Shown here: positions 11,301 to 24,900 of the stretch, in pieces
Position numbering within the stretch: position 1 is the first letter of the stretch
How the letters are laid out: every line of letters starts with the position of its first letter
Assembly (NCBI GenBank): GCA_964016885.1
Contig: OZ024753.1
Span: forward strand, 23,560,001-23,624,000
DNA length: 64,000 nucleotides
Source: Eledone cirrhosa
Taxonomy: Eukaryota
Reading direction: 5' to 3'
Notes under the pieces: generated by a model
Told to the model about the DNA's origin: nothing
Seen by the model: only the letters and a program-made list of their open reading frames with translations
The model's database searches: none
Program-made: the position numbers and the translations under genes

Positions 11301-14300
11301 AAGTGAGAAATTGGATGACAGGTATTGCTAGGTTAATGGGTAAAGGAGAGAAAATGGATGACAGAGATTGCTAGGTGAATGGGTAAAGGTGAGGAAATGG
11401 ATGACTGAGATTGCTAGCTGACTGGGAAAAGCTGAGAAAATGGATGGCAGATATTGCTAGGTTAATGGGTAGAGGTGAGGAAATGGATGACAGAGATTGT
11501 TATGTTAATGGGAAAATGGATGACAGACATTGCTAGGTTAATGGGTAAAGGTGAGGGAATGGATGACAGAAATTGCTAGGTTAATGGGTAAAGGGACAAA
11601 ATGGATGACAGAGATTGCTAGGTTAATGGGTAAAGGTAAGGAAATGGATAACAGGGATTGCTAAGTTAATAGGTAAAGGTGAGTAAATGGATGACAGAGA
11701 TTGCTAGGTTAATCGATAAAGGTGAGAAAATGGATGACAGAGCTTGCTAGGTTAATGGGTTATTGTGATAAAATAGGTGACAGAGATTGCTAGGTTAATG
11801 GGTAGAGGGGAGGAAATGGATGACAGAGATTGCTAGGTTAATGGGTAATGGGTAAAGGTGAGGAAATGGATGACAGAGATTACTAGGTTAATGGGTAAAG
11901 GTGAGTAAATGAATGACAGAGGTTGCTAGGGTAATGAATAAAGGAAAGGTGAGAAAATGGATGACAGAGATTGCTAGGTTAATGGGTAGAGGTGAGAAAA
12001 TGGATGACAGTGATTGCTAGTTTAATGGTTAAAGCTGAGAAAATGGATGACAGAGATTGCTATCTTAATGGGTAAACCTGCGAAAATGAATGACAGAGAT
12101 TGCTAGGTTAATGGGTAAAGGTTAGGAAATGGATGACAGAGATTGCTAGGTTAATGGGTAAAAGTGAGAAATTGGATGACAGAGATTGGTAGGTTAATGG
12201 GGAAAGGTGAGACGATGGTTGACAGAGATTGCTTGGTTAATGGGTAAAGGTGAGAAAATGGAAGACAGAGATTGCTAGGTTAATGGGTAAATGTTAGAAA
12301 ATGGATGATAAAGATTGCTCGGTTAATGGGTAAAGGTGAGAATATGGATGACAGAGATTGATAGGTTAATGGGTAAAGGTGAGAAATTGGATGACAGATT
12401 TTGCTAGAGGAATGGGTAAAGGTGAGAAAATGGATGACATTGATTGCTAGGTTAATTGGTAAAGGTGAGAAAATGGATGACAGAGATTGCTAGGTTAATG
12501 GGTAAACGTGAGAAAATGGATGACAGAGATTGCTAGGTTAATGGGTAAAGGTGAGAAAATGGATGACAGAGATTGCTAGGTTCATAGGTAGAGGTGAGAA
12601 ATTGGATGACAGAGATTTCTAGGTTAATGGGTAAAGGTGAGAAAATGGATGACAGAGATTGCTAGGTTAATGGGTAAAGGTGAGAAATTGTATGACAGAG
12701 ATTGCTAGGTTAATAGGTAAAGGTTAGAAAATGGATGACAGAGATTGGTAGGTTAATGGGTAAAGGTGAGACAATGGATGACAGAGATTGCTAGGTTAAT
12801 GGGTAAATGTTAGAAAATCTATGACAGAGATTGCTGGGTTAATTGGTAAAGGTGAGAAAATGGATGACAGACATTGCTAGGTTAAAGGCTAAATGTGAGT
12901 AACTGGATAACAGAGATTGTTAGGTTAATGGTTAAAAGTGAGTAAATGGATTACAGAGGTTTCTAGGTTAATGGGTAATGGTGAGAAATTTGATGAGAGA
13001 GATTGATAGCTTAATGATTAAAGGTGAGAAAGTGGATGACAGAGATTGCTAGGTTAATGGGTAAAGCTGAGAAATTGGATGACAGAGATTGCTAGGTTAA
13101 TAGGTAAAGGTGAGAAAATGGATGACAGAGATTGCTAGGTCAATGGGTAAAGGGGAGAAAATGGATGACAGAGATTGCTAGGTTAATGGGTAAATGTTAG
13201 AGAATGTATGACAGAGATTGCTAGGTTAATGGGTAAAGGTGAGAAAATGGATGACAGAGATTGTTAGGTTAATGGTTAAAAGTGAGTAAATGGATTACAG
13301 AGGTTGCTAGATTAATGGGTAAAGGTTAGAAATATGATGAGAGAGATTGCTAGGTTAATCGGTAAAGGTGAGAATATGGATGACAGAGATTGCTAGATTA
13401 ATGGGTAAAGCTGAGAAAATGGATGACAGAGATTGCTAGCTTAATGGGTAAACCTGCGAAAATGGATGACAGAGTTTGCTAGGGGAATGGGTAAAGGTGA
13501 GAAAATGGATGACAGAGTTTGCTTGGGGAATGGGTAAAGGTGAGACATTTGATGACATAGATTGCTAGGTTAATGTGTAAATGTTAGAAAATGGATGACA
13601 GAGATTGGTAGGTTAATGGGTAAAGGTGAGACAATGGATGACAGAGATTGCTTGGTTAATGGGTAATATTGAAAAAATCAATGACAGATATTGCTAGGTT
13701 AATTGGTAAAGGTGAAACATTGGATGACAGAGATTGCTAGGTTAATGGGTAAAGCTGCGAAAATGGATGACAGTGATTGCTAGTTTAATGGGTAAAGGTT
13801 AGAAAATGGATGACAGAGATTGCTAGATTAATGGGTAAAAATGAGAAATTGGATGACAGATTTTGCTAGGGGATGGGTAAAGGTGAGAAAATGGATGACA
13901 GAGATTGCAAGGTTAATGGTTAAATATGAGAAATTGGATGACAGAGTTTGGGTTTGCTAGGGGAATGGGTAAATGTGAGAGATTGGATGACAGAGATTGC
14001 TAGGTTAATGGGTAAATGTTAGAAAATGGATGACAGAGATTGATAGGTTAATGGGTAAAGGTGAGACAATAGATGACAGAGATTGCTTGGTTAATGGGCA
14101 ATATTGAAAAAGTGGATGACAGATATTGCTAGGTTAATGGGTAAAGGTGAAACATTGGATGACAGAGATTGCTAGGTTAATGGGTAAAGCTTCGAAAATG
14201 GATGACAGTGATTGCTAGGTTAATGGGTAAAGGTTAGAAAATGGATGACAGAGATTGCTAGGTTAATGGGTGAAGGTTAGAAAATGGATGACAGACATTG

Positions 14301-17300
14301 CTAGGTTAATGGGTAAAGGTGAGAAAATGGATGACAGTGATTGCTAGGTTAATGGGTGAAGGTTAGAAAATGGATGACAGACATTGCTAGGTTAATGGGT
14401 AAATGTTAATGGATAGACGTCAGAAAATTGATGACAGAGATTGGTAGGTTAATGGGTAAAGGTGAGACAATGGATGACATATATTGCTTGGTTAATGGGT
14501 AAAGGTGGGAAAATGGATGACAGAGATTGCTAGGTTAATGGGTAAACGTCAGGAAATGGATGGTAGAGATTGTTAGGTTAATGGGTAAAGGTGAGAAAAT
14601 GGATGACAGAGATTGCTAGGTTATGGGTAATATTGATAAAATGGATGACAGAGATTGCTAGGTTAATGGGTAAAGGTGAAACATTGGATGACAGAGATTG
14701 CTAGGTTAATGGGTAAAGCTGCGAAAATGGATGACAGAGATTGCTAGGTTAATGGGTATAGGTTAGAAAATGGATGACAGAGATTGCTAGGGGAATGGGT
14801 AAGGGTGAGAAAATGGATGAGAGAGATTGCTAGGTTAATGGGTAAAGGTGAGAATTTTGATGACAGAGATTGATAGGTTAATGGGTAAAACTGAAAAATT
14901 TGATGAGAGTAATTGCTAGGTTAATGGGTAAAGGTGAGAAAATGGATGACAAAGATTGCTAGGTTAATGGGTAAAGCTGAGAAAATGGATGACAGAGATT
15001 GCTATCTTAATGGGTAAACCTGCGAAAATGGATGACAGAGATTGCTAGGTTAATGGGTAAAGGTTAGGAAATGGATCACAGAGATTGCTAGGTTAATGGG
15101 TAAAAGTGAGAAATTGGATGACAGAGATAGGTAGGTTAATGGGGGAAAGGTGAGACAATGGATGACAGAGATTGCTTGGTTAATGGGTAAAGGTGAGGAA
15201 ATGGAAGACAGAGATTGCTAGGTTTATGGGTTATTGTTAGAAAATGGATGACAAAGATTGCTAGGTTAATGGGTAAAGGTGAGAAAATGGATGACAGAGA
15301 TTGATAGGTTAATGGGTAAAGGTGAGAAATTGAATGGCAGAGATTGCTAGGTTAATGGGTAAAAATGAGAAATTGGATGACAGAGATTGCTAGGTTAATG
15401 GGTAAACGTGAGAAAATGGATGACAGAGATTGCTAGGTTAATGGGTAAAGGTGAGAAATGGATGACAGAAATTGCTAGGTTCATAGGTAGAGGTGAGAAA
15501 TTGGATGACAGAGATTGCTAGGTTAATGGGTAAAGGTGAGAAAATGGATGACAGAGATTGCTAGGTTAATGGGTAAAGTTGAGTAATTGTATGACAGAGA
15601 TTGTAAGGTTAATAGGTAAAGGTTAGAAAATGGATGACAGAGATTGGTAGGTTAATGGGTAAAGGTGAGACAATGGATGACAGAGATTGCTAGGTTAATG
15701 GGTAAATGTTAGGAAATGTATGACAGAGATCGCTAGGTTAATGGGTAAAGGTGAGAAAATGGATGACAGACATTGCTAGGTTAAAGGCTAAAGGTGAGTA
15801 ACTGGATGACAGAGATTGCTAGGTTCATAGGCAGAGGTGAGAATTTGGATGACAGAGATTGCTAGGTTAATAGGTAAAGGTGAGAAAATGGATGACAGAG
15901 ATTGCTAGGTCAATGGGTAAAGGTGAGAAAATGGATGACAGAGATTGCTATGTTAATGGGTAAATGTTAGAGAATGTATGACAGAGATTGCTAGGTTAAT
16001 GGGTAAAGGTGAGAAAATGGATGACAGAGATTGTTAGATTAATGGTTAAAAGTGAGTAAATGGATTACAGAGGTTGCTAGGTTAATGGGTAAAGGTGAGA
16101 ATTTGATGAGAGAGATTGCTAGGTTAATCGGTAAAGGTGAGAAAATGGATGACAGAGATTGCTAGATTAATGGGTAAAGCTGAGAAAATGGATGACAGAG
16201 ATTGCTAGCTTAATGGGTAAACCTGCGAATATGGATGACAGAGTTTGCTAGGGGAATGGGTAAAGGTGAGAAAATGGATGACAGAGATTGCTAGGTTAAT
16301 GGGTAAAAATGAGAAATTGGATGACAGAGTTTGCTTGGGGAATGGGTAAAGGTGAGACATTTGATGACAGAGATTGCTTGGTTAATGGGCAATATTGAAA
16401 AAGTGGATGACAGATATTGCTAGGTTAATGGGTAAAGGTGAAACATTGGATGACAGAGATTGCTAGGTTAATGGGTAAAGCTGCGAAAATGGATGACAGT
16501 GATTGCTAGGTTAATGGGTAAAGGTGAGAAAATGGATGACAGAGATTGATAGATTAATGGGTAAAGGTGAGAAATTGAATGACAGAGATTGCTAGGTTAA
16601 TGGGTAAAAATGAGAAATTGGATGACAGAGATTGCTAGGTTAATGGGTAAACGTGAGAAAATGGATGACAGAGATTGCTAGGTTAATGGGTAAAGGTGAG
16701 AAATGGATGACAGAGATTGCTAGGTTCATAGGTAGAGGTGAGGAATTGGATGACAGAGATTGCTAGGTTAATGGGTAAAGGTGAGAAAATGGATGACAGA
16801 GATTGCTAGGTTAATGGGTAAGGTTGAGAAATTGTATGACAGAGATTGTAAGGTTAATAGGTAAAGGTTAGAAAATGGATGACAGAGATTGGTAGGTTAA
16901 TGGGTAAAGGTGAGACAATGGATGACAGAGATTGCTAGGTTAATGGGTAAATGTTAGGAAATGTATGACAGAGATTGCTAGGTTAATGGGTAAAGGTGAG
17001 AAAATGGATGACAGACATTGCTAGGTTAAAGGCTAAAGGTGAGTAACTGGATGACAGAGATTGCTAGGTTCATAGGCAGAGGTGAGAAATTGGATGACAG
17101 AGTTTGCTTGGGGAATGGGTAAAGGTGAGACATTTGATGACAGAGATTGCTTGGTTAATGGGCAATATTGAAAAAGTGGATGACAGATATTGCTAGGTTA
17201 ATGGGTAAAGGTGAAACATTGGATGACAGAGATTGCTAGGTTAATGGGTAAAGCTTCGAAAATGGATGACAGTGATTGCTAGGTTAATGGGTAAAGGTTA

Positions 17301-20300
17301 GAAAATGGATGACAGAGATTGCTAGGTTAATGGGTAAAAATGAGAAATTGGATGACAGATTTTGCTAGGGGAATGGGTAAAGGTGAGAAAATGGATGACA
17401 GAGATTGCTAGGTTAATGGGTAAAAATGAGAAGTTGGATGACAGAGTTTGGGTTTGCTAGGGGAATGGGTAAATGTGAGACATTGGATGACAGAGATTGC
17501 TAGGCTAATGGGTAAATGTTAGAAAATGGATGACAGAGATTGGTAGGTTAATGGGTAAAGGTGAGACAATAGATGACAGAGATTGCTTGGTTAATGGGTA
17601 ATATTGAAAAAAATGGATGACAGAGATTGCTAGGTTAATGGGTAAAGGTTAGAAAATGGATGACAGAGATTGCTAGGTTAATGGGTAAATGTTAGAAAAT
17701 TGATGACAGAGATTGGTAGGTTAATGGGTAAAGGTGAGACAATGGATGACAGATATTGCTTGGTTAATGGGTAAAGGTGGGAAAATGGATGACAGAGATT
17801 GCTAGGTTAATGGGTAAACGTCAGAAAATGGATAGTAGAAATTGTTAGGTTAATGGGTAGTATTGATAAAATGGATGACAGAGATTGCTAGGTTAATGGG
17901 TAAAGGTGAAACATTGGATGACAGAGATTGCTAGGTTAATGGGTAAAGCTGCGAAAATGGATGACAGTGATGGCTAGGTTAATGGGTATAGGTTAGAAAA
18001 TGGATGACAGAGATTGCTAGGGGAATGGGTAAGGGTGAGAAAATGGATGACAGAGATTGCTAGGTTAATGGGTGAAGGTGAGAAATTTGATGACAGAGAT
18101 TGATAGGTTAATGGGTAAAACTGAGAAATTTGATGAGAGTGATTGCTAGGTTAATGGGTAAAGGTGAGAAAATGGATGACAAACATTGCTAGGTTAATGG
18201 GTAAAGCTGAGAAAATGGATGACAGAGATTGCTATCTTAATGGGTAAACCTGCGAAAATGGATGACAGAGATTGCTAGGTTAATGGGTAAAGGTTAGGAA
18301 ATGGATGACAGAGATTGCTAGGTTAATGGGTAAAAGTGAGAAATTGGATGACAGAGATTGGTAGGTTAATGGGGGAAAGGTGAGACAATGGATGACAGAG
18401 ATTGCTTGGTTAATGGGTAAAGGTGAGGAAATGGAAGACAGAGATTGCTAGGTTAATGGGTAAATGTTAGAAAATGGATGACAAAGATTGCTAGGTTAAT
18501 GGGTAAATGTAAGAAAATGGATGACAGAGATTGATAGGTTAATGGGTAAAGGTGAGAAACTGAATGACAGAGATTGCTAGGTTAATGGGTAAAAATGAGA
18601 AATTGGATGAGAGAGATTGCTAGGTTAATGGGTAACCGTGAGAATATGGATGACAGAGATTGCTAGGTTCATAGGTAGAGGTGAGAAATTGGATGACAGA
18701 GATTGCTAGGTTAATGGGTAAAGGTGAGAACATGGATGACAGAGATTGCTAGGTTAATGGGTAAAGGTGAGAAATTGTATGACAGAGATTGTAAGGTTAA
18801 TAGGTAAAGGTTAGAAAATGGATGACAGAGATTGGTAGGTTAATGGGTAAAGGTGAGACAATGGATGACAGAGATTGCTAGGTTAATGGGTAAATGTTAG
18901 GAAATGTATGACAGAGATTGCTAGGTTAATGGGTAAAAGTGAGAAAATGGATGACAGACATTGCTAGGTTAAAGGCTAAAGGTGAGTAACTGGAGTACAG
19001 AGATTGCTAGGTTAATGGTTAAAAGTGAGTAAATGGATTACAGAGGTTTCTAGGTTAATGGGTAACGGTGAGAAATTTGATGAGAGAGATTGCTAGCTTA
19101 ATGGGTAAAGGTGAGAAAATGGATGACAGAGATTGCTAGGTTAATGGGTAAAACTGAGAAAATGGATGACAGAGATTGCTAGTTTAATGGGTAAACCTGC
19201 GAAAATGGATGACAGAGTTTGCTAGGCAAATGGGTAAAGGTAATAAAATGGATGACAGAGATTGCTAGGTTAATGGGTAAAAATGAGAAATTGGATGACA
19301 GTGTTTGCAAGGGGAATGGGTAAAGGTGAGACAATGGATGACAGAGATTGCTAGGTTAATGGGTAAATGTTAGAAAATGGATGACAGATATTGGTAGGTT
19401 AATGGGTAAAGGTGAGACGATGGATGACAGAGATTGCTTGGTTAATGGGTAATATTGAAAAAATGGATGACAGAGATTACTAGGTTAATGGGTAAAGGTG
19501 AAACATTGGATGACAGAGATTGCTAGGTTAATGGGTAAAGCTGCGAAAATGGATGAGAGTGATTGCTAGGTTAATCGGTAAAGGTTAGAAAATGGATGAC
19601 AGAGATTGCTAGGTTAATGGGTAAAAATGAGAAATTGGATGACAGAGTTTGCTAAGGGAATGGGTAAACGTGAGAAAATGGATGACAGAGATTGCTAGAT
19701 TAATGGGTAAAAATGAGAAATTGGATGACAGAGTTTGGGTTTGCTAGGGGAATGGGTAAAGGTGAGACAATGGATGACAGAGATTGCTAGGCTAATGGGT
19801 AAAGGTGAGACAATGGATGACAGAGATTGCTTGGTTAATGGGTAATATTGAAAAAATGGATGACAGAGATTGCTAGGTTAATGGGTAAAGGTGAAACATT
19901 GGATGACAGAGATTGATAGGTTAATGGGTAAAAATGAGAAATTGGATGACAGTGTTTGCTATGTGAATGGGTAAAGGTGCGACAATGGATGACAGAGATT
20001 GCTAGGTTAATGGGTAAATGTTAGAAAATGGATGACAGAGATTGGTAGGTTAAATGGTAAAGTTGAGAAAATGGATGACAGAGATTGCTAGGTTAATGGG
20101 TAAATGTTAGAAAATGGATGACAAAATTGCTAGGGTAATGGGTAAAGGTGAGAAAATGGATGACAGAGAGTGATAGGTTAATGGGTAAAGGTGGGAAAAT
20201 GGATGACAGAGATTGCTAGGTTAATGGGTAAACGTCAGAAAATGGATGGTAGAGATTGTTAGGTTAATGGGTAAAGGTGAGAAAATGGATGACAGAGATT

Positions 20301-21661
20301 GTTAGGTTCATAGGTAGAGGTGAGAATTTGGATGACAGAGATTGCTAGGTTAATGGGTAAAGGTGAGAAAATGGATGACAGAGATTGCTAGGTTAATGGG
20401 TAAAGGTGAGGAATTGTATGACAGAGATTGCTAGGTTAATAGGTAAAGGTTAGAAAATGGATGACAGAGATTGGTAGGTTAATGGGTAAAGGTGAGACAA
20501 TGGATGACAGAGATTGCTAGGTTAATGGGTAAATGTTAGGAAATGTATGACAGAGATTGCTAGGTTAATTGGTTAAAGGTGAGAAATTTGATGAGAGAGA
20601 TTGATAGCTTAATGGGTAAAGGTGAGAAAATGGATGACAGAGATTGCTAGGTTAACGGGTAAATGTTAGAAAATGGATGACAGAGATTGGTAGGTTAATG
20701 GGTAAAGGTGAGAAAATGGATGACAGAGATTGCTAGGTTAATGGGTAAATGTTAGAAAATGGATGACAAAATTGCTAGGGTAATGGGTAAAGGTGAGAAA
20801 ATGGATGACAGAGATTGATAGGTTAATGGGTAAAGGTGGGAAAATGGATGACAGAGATTGCTAGGTTAATGGGTAAACGTCAGAAAATGGATAGTAGAGA
20901 TTGTTAGGTTAATGTGTAAAGCAGAGAAAATGGATGACAGAGATTCCTAGCTTAATGGGTAAACCTGCGAAAATGGATGACAGAGATTGGTAGGTTAATG
21001 GGTAAAGGTGAGACAATGGATGACAGAGATTGCTTGGTTAATGGGTAAAGGTGAGAAAATGGATGACAGAGATTGCTAGGTTAATGGGTAAATGTTAGAA
21101 AATGGATGACAGAGATTGGTAGGTTAATGTGTAAAGGTGAGAAAATGGATGACAGAGATTGCTATGTTAAGGTTAAGGGTAAGAAAATGGATGACAGTGT
21201 TTGATAGGTTAATATGTAAAGGTGAGAAAATTCATGAGAGAGATTGGTAGGGTAATCGGTAAAGGTGAGAAACTGGATGACAGAGATTGCTAGGTTAATG
21301 GGTAAAGGTCAGAAAATGGATGACACAGATTGCTAGGTTAATGGGTAAAACTGAGATATTTGATGAGAGAGATTGCTAGGTTAATGGGTAAAGGTGAGAA
21401 AATGGATGACAGAGATTGCTACGTTAATGGGTAAAGGCGAAAATTTGGGTGACAGAGATTGATTGGTTAATGGGTAAAGGTGAGAAATTTGATGACAGAG
21501 ATTGCTAGGTTAATGGGTAAAACTGAGAAATTTGATGAGAGAGATTGCTAGATTAATGGGTAAAGGTGAGAAAATGGATGACAGAGATTGCTAGGTTAAT
21601 GGGTAAAATTGAGAAATTTGATGAGAGAGATTGCTAGGTTAATGGGTAAAAGTGAGAAATT

Positions 21662-21907
21662 GGATTTCAGAGATTGGTAGGTTAATGGGTAAAGGTGAGA
21701 CAATGGATGACAGAGATTGCTTGGTTAATGGGTAAAGGTGAGTAAATGGATTACAGAGATTGGTAGGTTAATGGGTAAAGGTGAGACAATGGATGACAGA
21801 GATTGCTTGGTTAATGGGTAAAGGTGAGTAAATGGATTACAGAGATTGGTAGGTTAATGGGTAAAGGTGAGACAATGGATGACAGAGATTGCTTGGTTAA
21901 TGGGTAA
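21662..21907. repeat. Local 86-bp dimer (2-monomer unit) repeated about 3 times
   Basis: attggtagg...gtgagacaatgg...gcttgg...gtgagtaaatggattac is iterated. Confidence 0.8.
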
Positions 21908-24900
21908 ACGTGAGAAAATGGATAACAGAGATTGATACGTTAATGCGTAAAGGTGGTAAAATGGATGACAGAGATTGCTAGGTTAATGAGTAAACGTCAG
22001 AAAATGGATGGCAGAGATTGCTATGTTAATGGGTAAAGGTGAGAAAATGGATGACAGAGATTGCTAGGTTATGGGTAAAATTGAAGAAATGGATGACAGA
22101 GATTGCTAGGTTTATGGGTAAAGGTGAAACATTGGATGCCAGAGATTGCTAGGTTAATGGGTAAAGGTGAGAAAATGGATGACAGAGATTGCTAGCTCAA
22201 TAGGTAAACCTGCAAAATGGATGACAGAGATTGCTACGTTAATGGGTAAAGGTTAGGAAATGGATGACGGAGATTGCTAGGTTAAAGGGTAAATGTGCGA
22301 AATTGGATGACAGAGATTGGTAGGTTAATGGGTAAAGGAGAGACAATGGATGACAGAGATTGCTAGGTTAATGGGTAAAGGTAAGAAAATGGATGACGGA
22401 GATTGCTAGGTTAAAGGGTAAATGTGCGAAATTGGATGACAGATTTTGCTAGGTTAATGGGTAAAGGTGAGAAAATGGATGACAGAGACTGCTTGGTTAA
22501 TGGGTAAAGGTGAGACAATGGATGACAGAGATTGCTATGTTAATGGATAAAGGAGTGAAATTTAATGGATTACAGAGATTGCTAGGTTAAAGAGTAGAGG
22601 TGTGAAATTGGATGAGACAGATTGCTAGGTTAATGGGTAAAGGTGAGACAATGGATGACAGAGATTGCTAGGTTAATGGGTAAGAATGAGAAATTGGATG
22701 ACAGAGTTTGCTAGCGGAATGGGTAAAGGTGAAAAAATGGATGACAGAGATTGCTAGGTTAATGGGTAAAGGTGAGAAAATGGATGACTGAGATTTCTAG
22801 CTTAATGGATAAACCTGCGAAAATGGATGACAGAGATTGCTAGGTTAGGGTAAAGGTTAGGAATGGGTAAAGGTTAGGAAATGAATGACAGAGATTGCTA
22901 GGTTAATGGGTAAAAGTGCGAAATTGGATGACAGAGATTGCTAGGTTATTGGGTAAAAGTGAGTAAATGGATGACAGATTTTGCTAGGTTAATGGGTTAA
23001 GGTGAGAAAGTGGATGACATAGATTGCAAGATTGATGGGTAAATGTGGGAGATTGGAAGACAGAGATTGCTATTTCAATAGGTAAAGGTGAGAAAATTGA
23101 TGACAGAGATTGCTAGGTTAATGGGTAAAGGTGAGAAATTAAATGGATGACAGAGATTGCTAGGTTAAAGAATAAAGGTGAGAAAAGGGATGATAGAGAT
23201 TGCTACGTTAATAGGTAAAGGTGAGAAAATGGATGATAGAGATTGCTAGCTTAATGGGTAAGCCTGCAAAAATGGATGACAGAGATTGCTAGGTTAATGG
23301 GTAAAGGTTTGAAAATGGATGACAGAGATTGTTATGTTAATGGGTAAAAGAGAGAAATTGCATGAGAGTAATTGGTAGGTTAATTGGAAAAGGTGAGACA
23401 ATGGATGACAGATATTACTTAATTAATGGGTAAAGGTGAGAAAATGGATGACAGAGATTGATAGGTTAATGGGTAAAGGTGAGAAAATTGATAACAGACA
23501 TTGCTAGGTTAATGGATAGACGTCAGAAAATGGATGGCAGAGATTGCTAGGTTAATGGGTAAAGGTGAGGAAATGGATGACAGAGATTGCTAGGTTAATG
23601 GATAAAGGTGAGAAATTGGATGCCAGAGATTGCTAGGTTAATGGGTAAAGCTGCGAAAATGGATGACAGTGTTTGCTAGGTTAATGGGTAAAGGTTAGAA
23701 AATGGATGACAGAGATTGCTTGGTTAATGGGTAAAAATGAGAAATTGGATGACAGAGTTTGCTAGGGGAATAGGTAAAGGTGAGTAACTGGATGACAGAG
23801 ATTGCTAGGTTAAAGGCTAAAGGTGAGTAACTGGATGACAGAGATTGCTAAGTTAATGGTTAAATGTGAGTAACTAGATGACAGAGATTGCTATGTTAAT
23901 GGGTAAGGGTAAGAAAATGGATGACAGTGTTTGATAGCTTAATGAGTAAAGGTGAGAAAATGGATGAGAGAGATTGGTAGGTTAATCGGTAAAGGTGGGA
24001 AATTGGATGACAGAGATTGCTAGTTCAATGGGTAAAGGTGAGAAATTTGGTGACAGAGATTGCTAGGTTAATGGGTAAAACTGAGAAATTTGATGAGAGT
24101 GATTGCTAGGTTAATGGGTAAAGGTGAGGAAATGGATGACAGAGATTGCTAGGTTAATGGGTAAAGCTGAGAAAATGGATGACAGAGATTGCTAGCTTAA
24201 TGGGTAAACCTGCGAAAATGGATGACAAAGATTGCTAGGTTAATGGGTAAAGGTTAGGAAATGGATGACAGAGATTGCTAGGTTAATGGGAAAAGGTGAG
24301 ACAATGGATGACAGATATTGCTTAATTAATGGGTAAAGGTGAGAAAATGGATGACAGAGATTGATAGGTTAATGGGTAAAGGTGAGAAAATTGATAACAG
24401 ACATTGCTAGGTTAATGGATAGACGTCAGAAAATGGATGGCAGAGATTGCTAGGTTAATGGGTAAAGGTGAGGAAATGGATGACAGAGATTGCTTGGTTA
24501 ATGGGTAAAAATGAGAAATTGGATGAGAGAGATTGGTAGGTTAATCGGTAAAGGTGGGAAATTGGATGACAGAGATTGCTAGGTTGATGGGTAAATGTGG
24601 GAGATTGGATGACAGAGATTGCTAGGTAATTGGGTAAAAGTGAGTAAATAGATGACAGATTTTGCTAGGTTAATGGGTTAAGGTGAGAAAATGGATGACA
24701 GAGATTGCTAGATTGATTGGTAAATGTGGGATATTGGATGACAGAGATTGCTATTTCAATAGGTAAAGGTGAGAAAATTGATGACAGAGATTGCTAGGTT
24801 AATGGGTAAAGCTGAGAAAATGGATGACAGAGATTGCTAGTTTAATGGGTAAACCTGCGAAAATGGATGACAAAGATTGCTAGGTTAATGGGTAAAGGTT

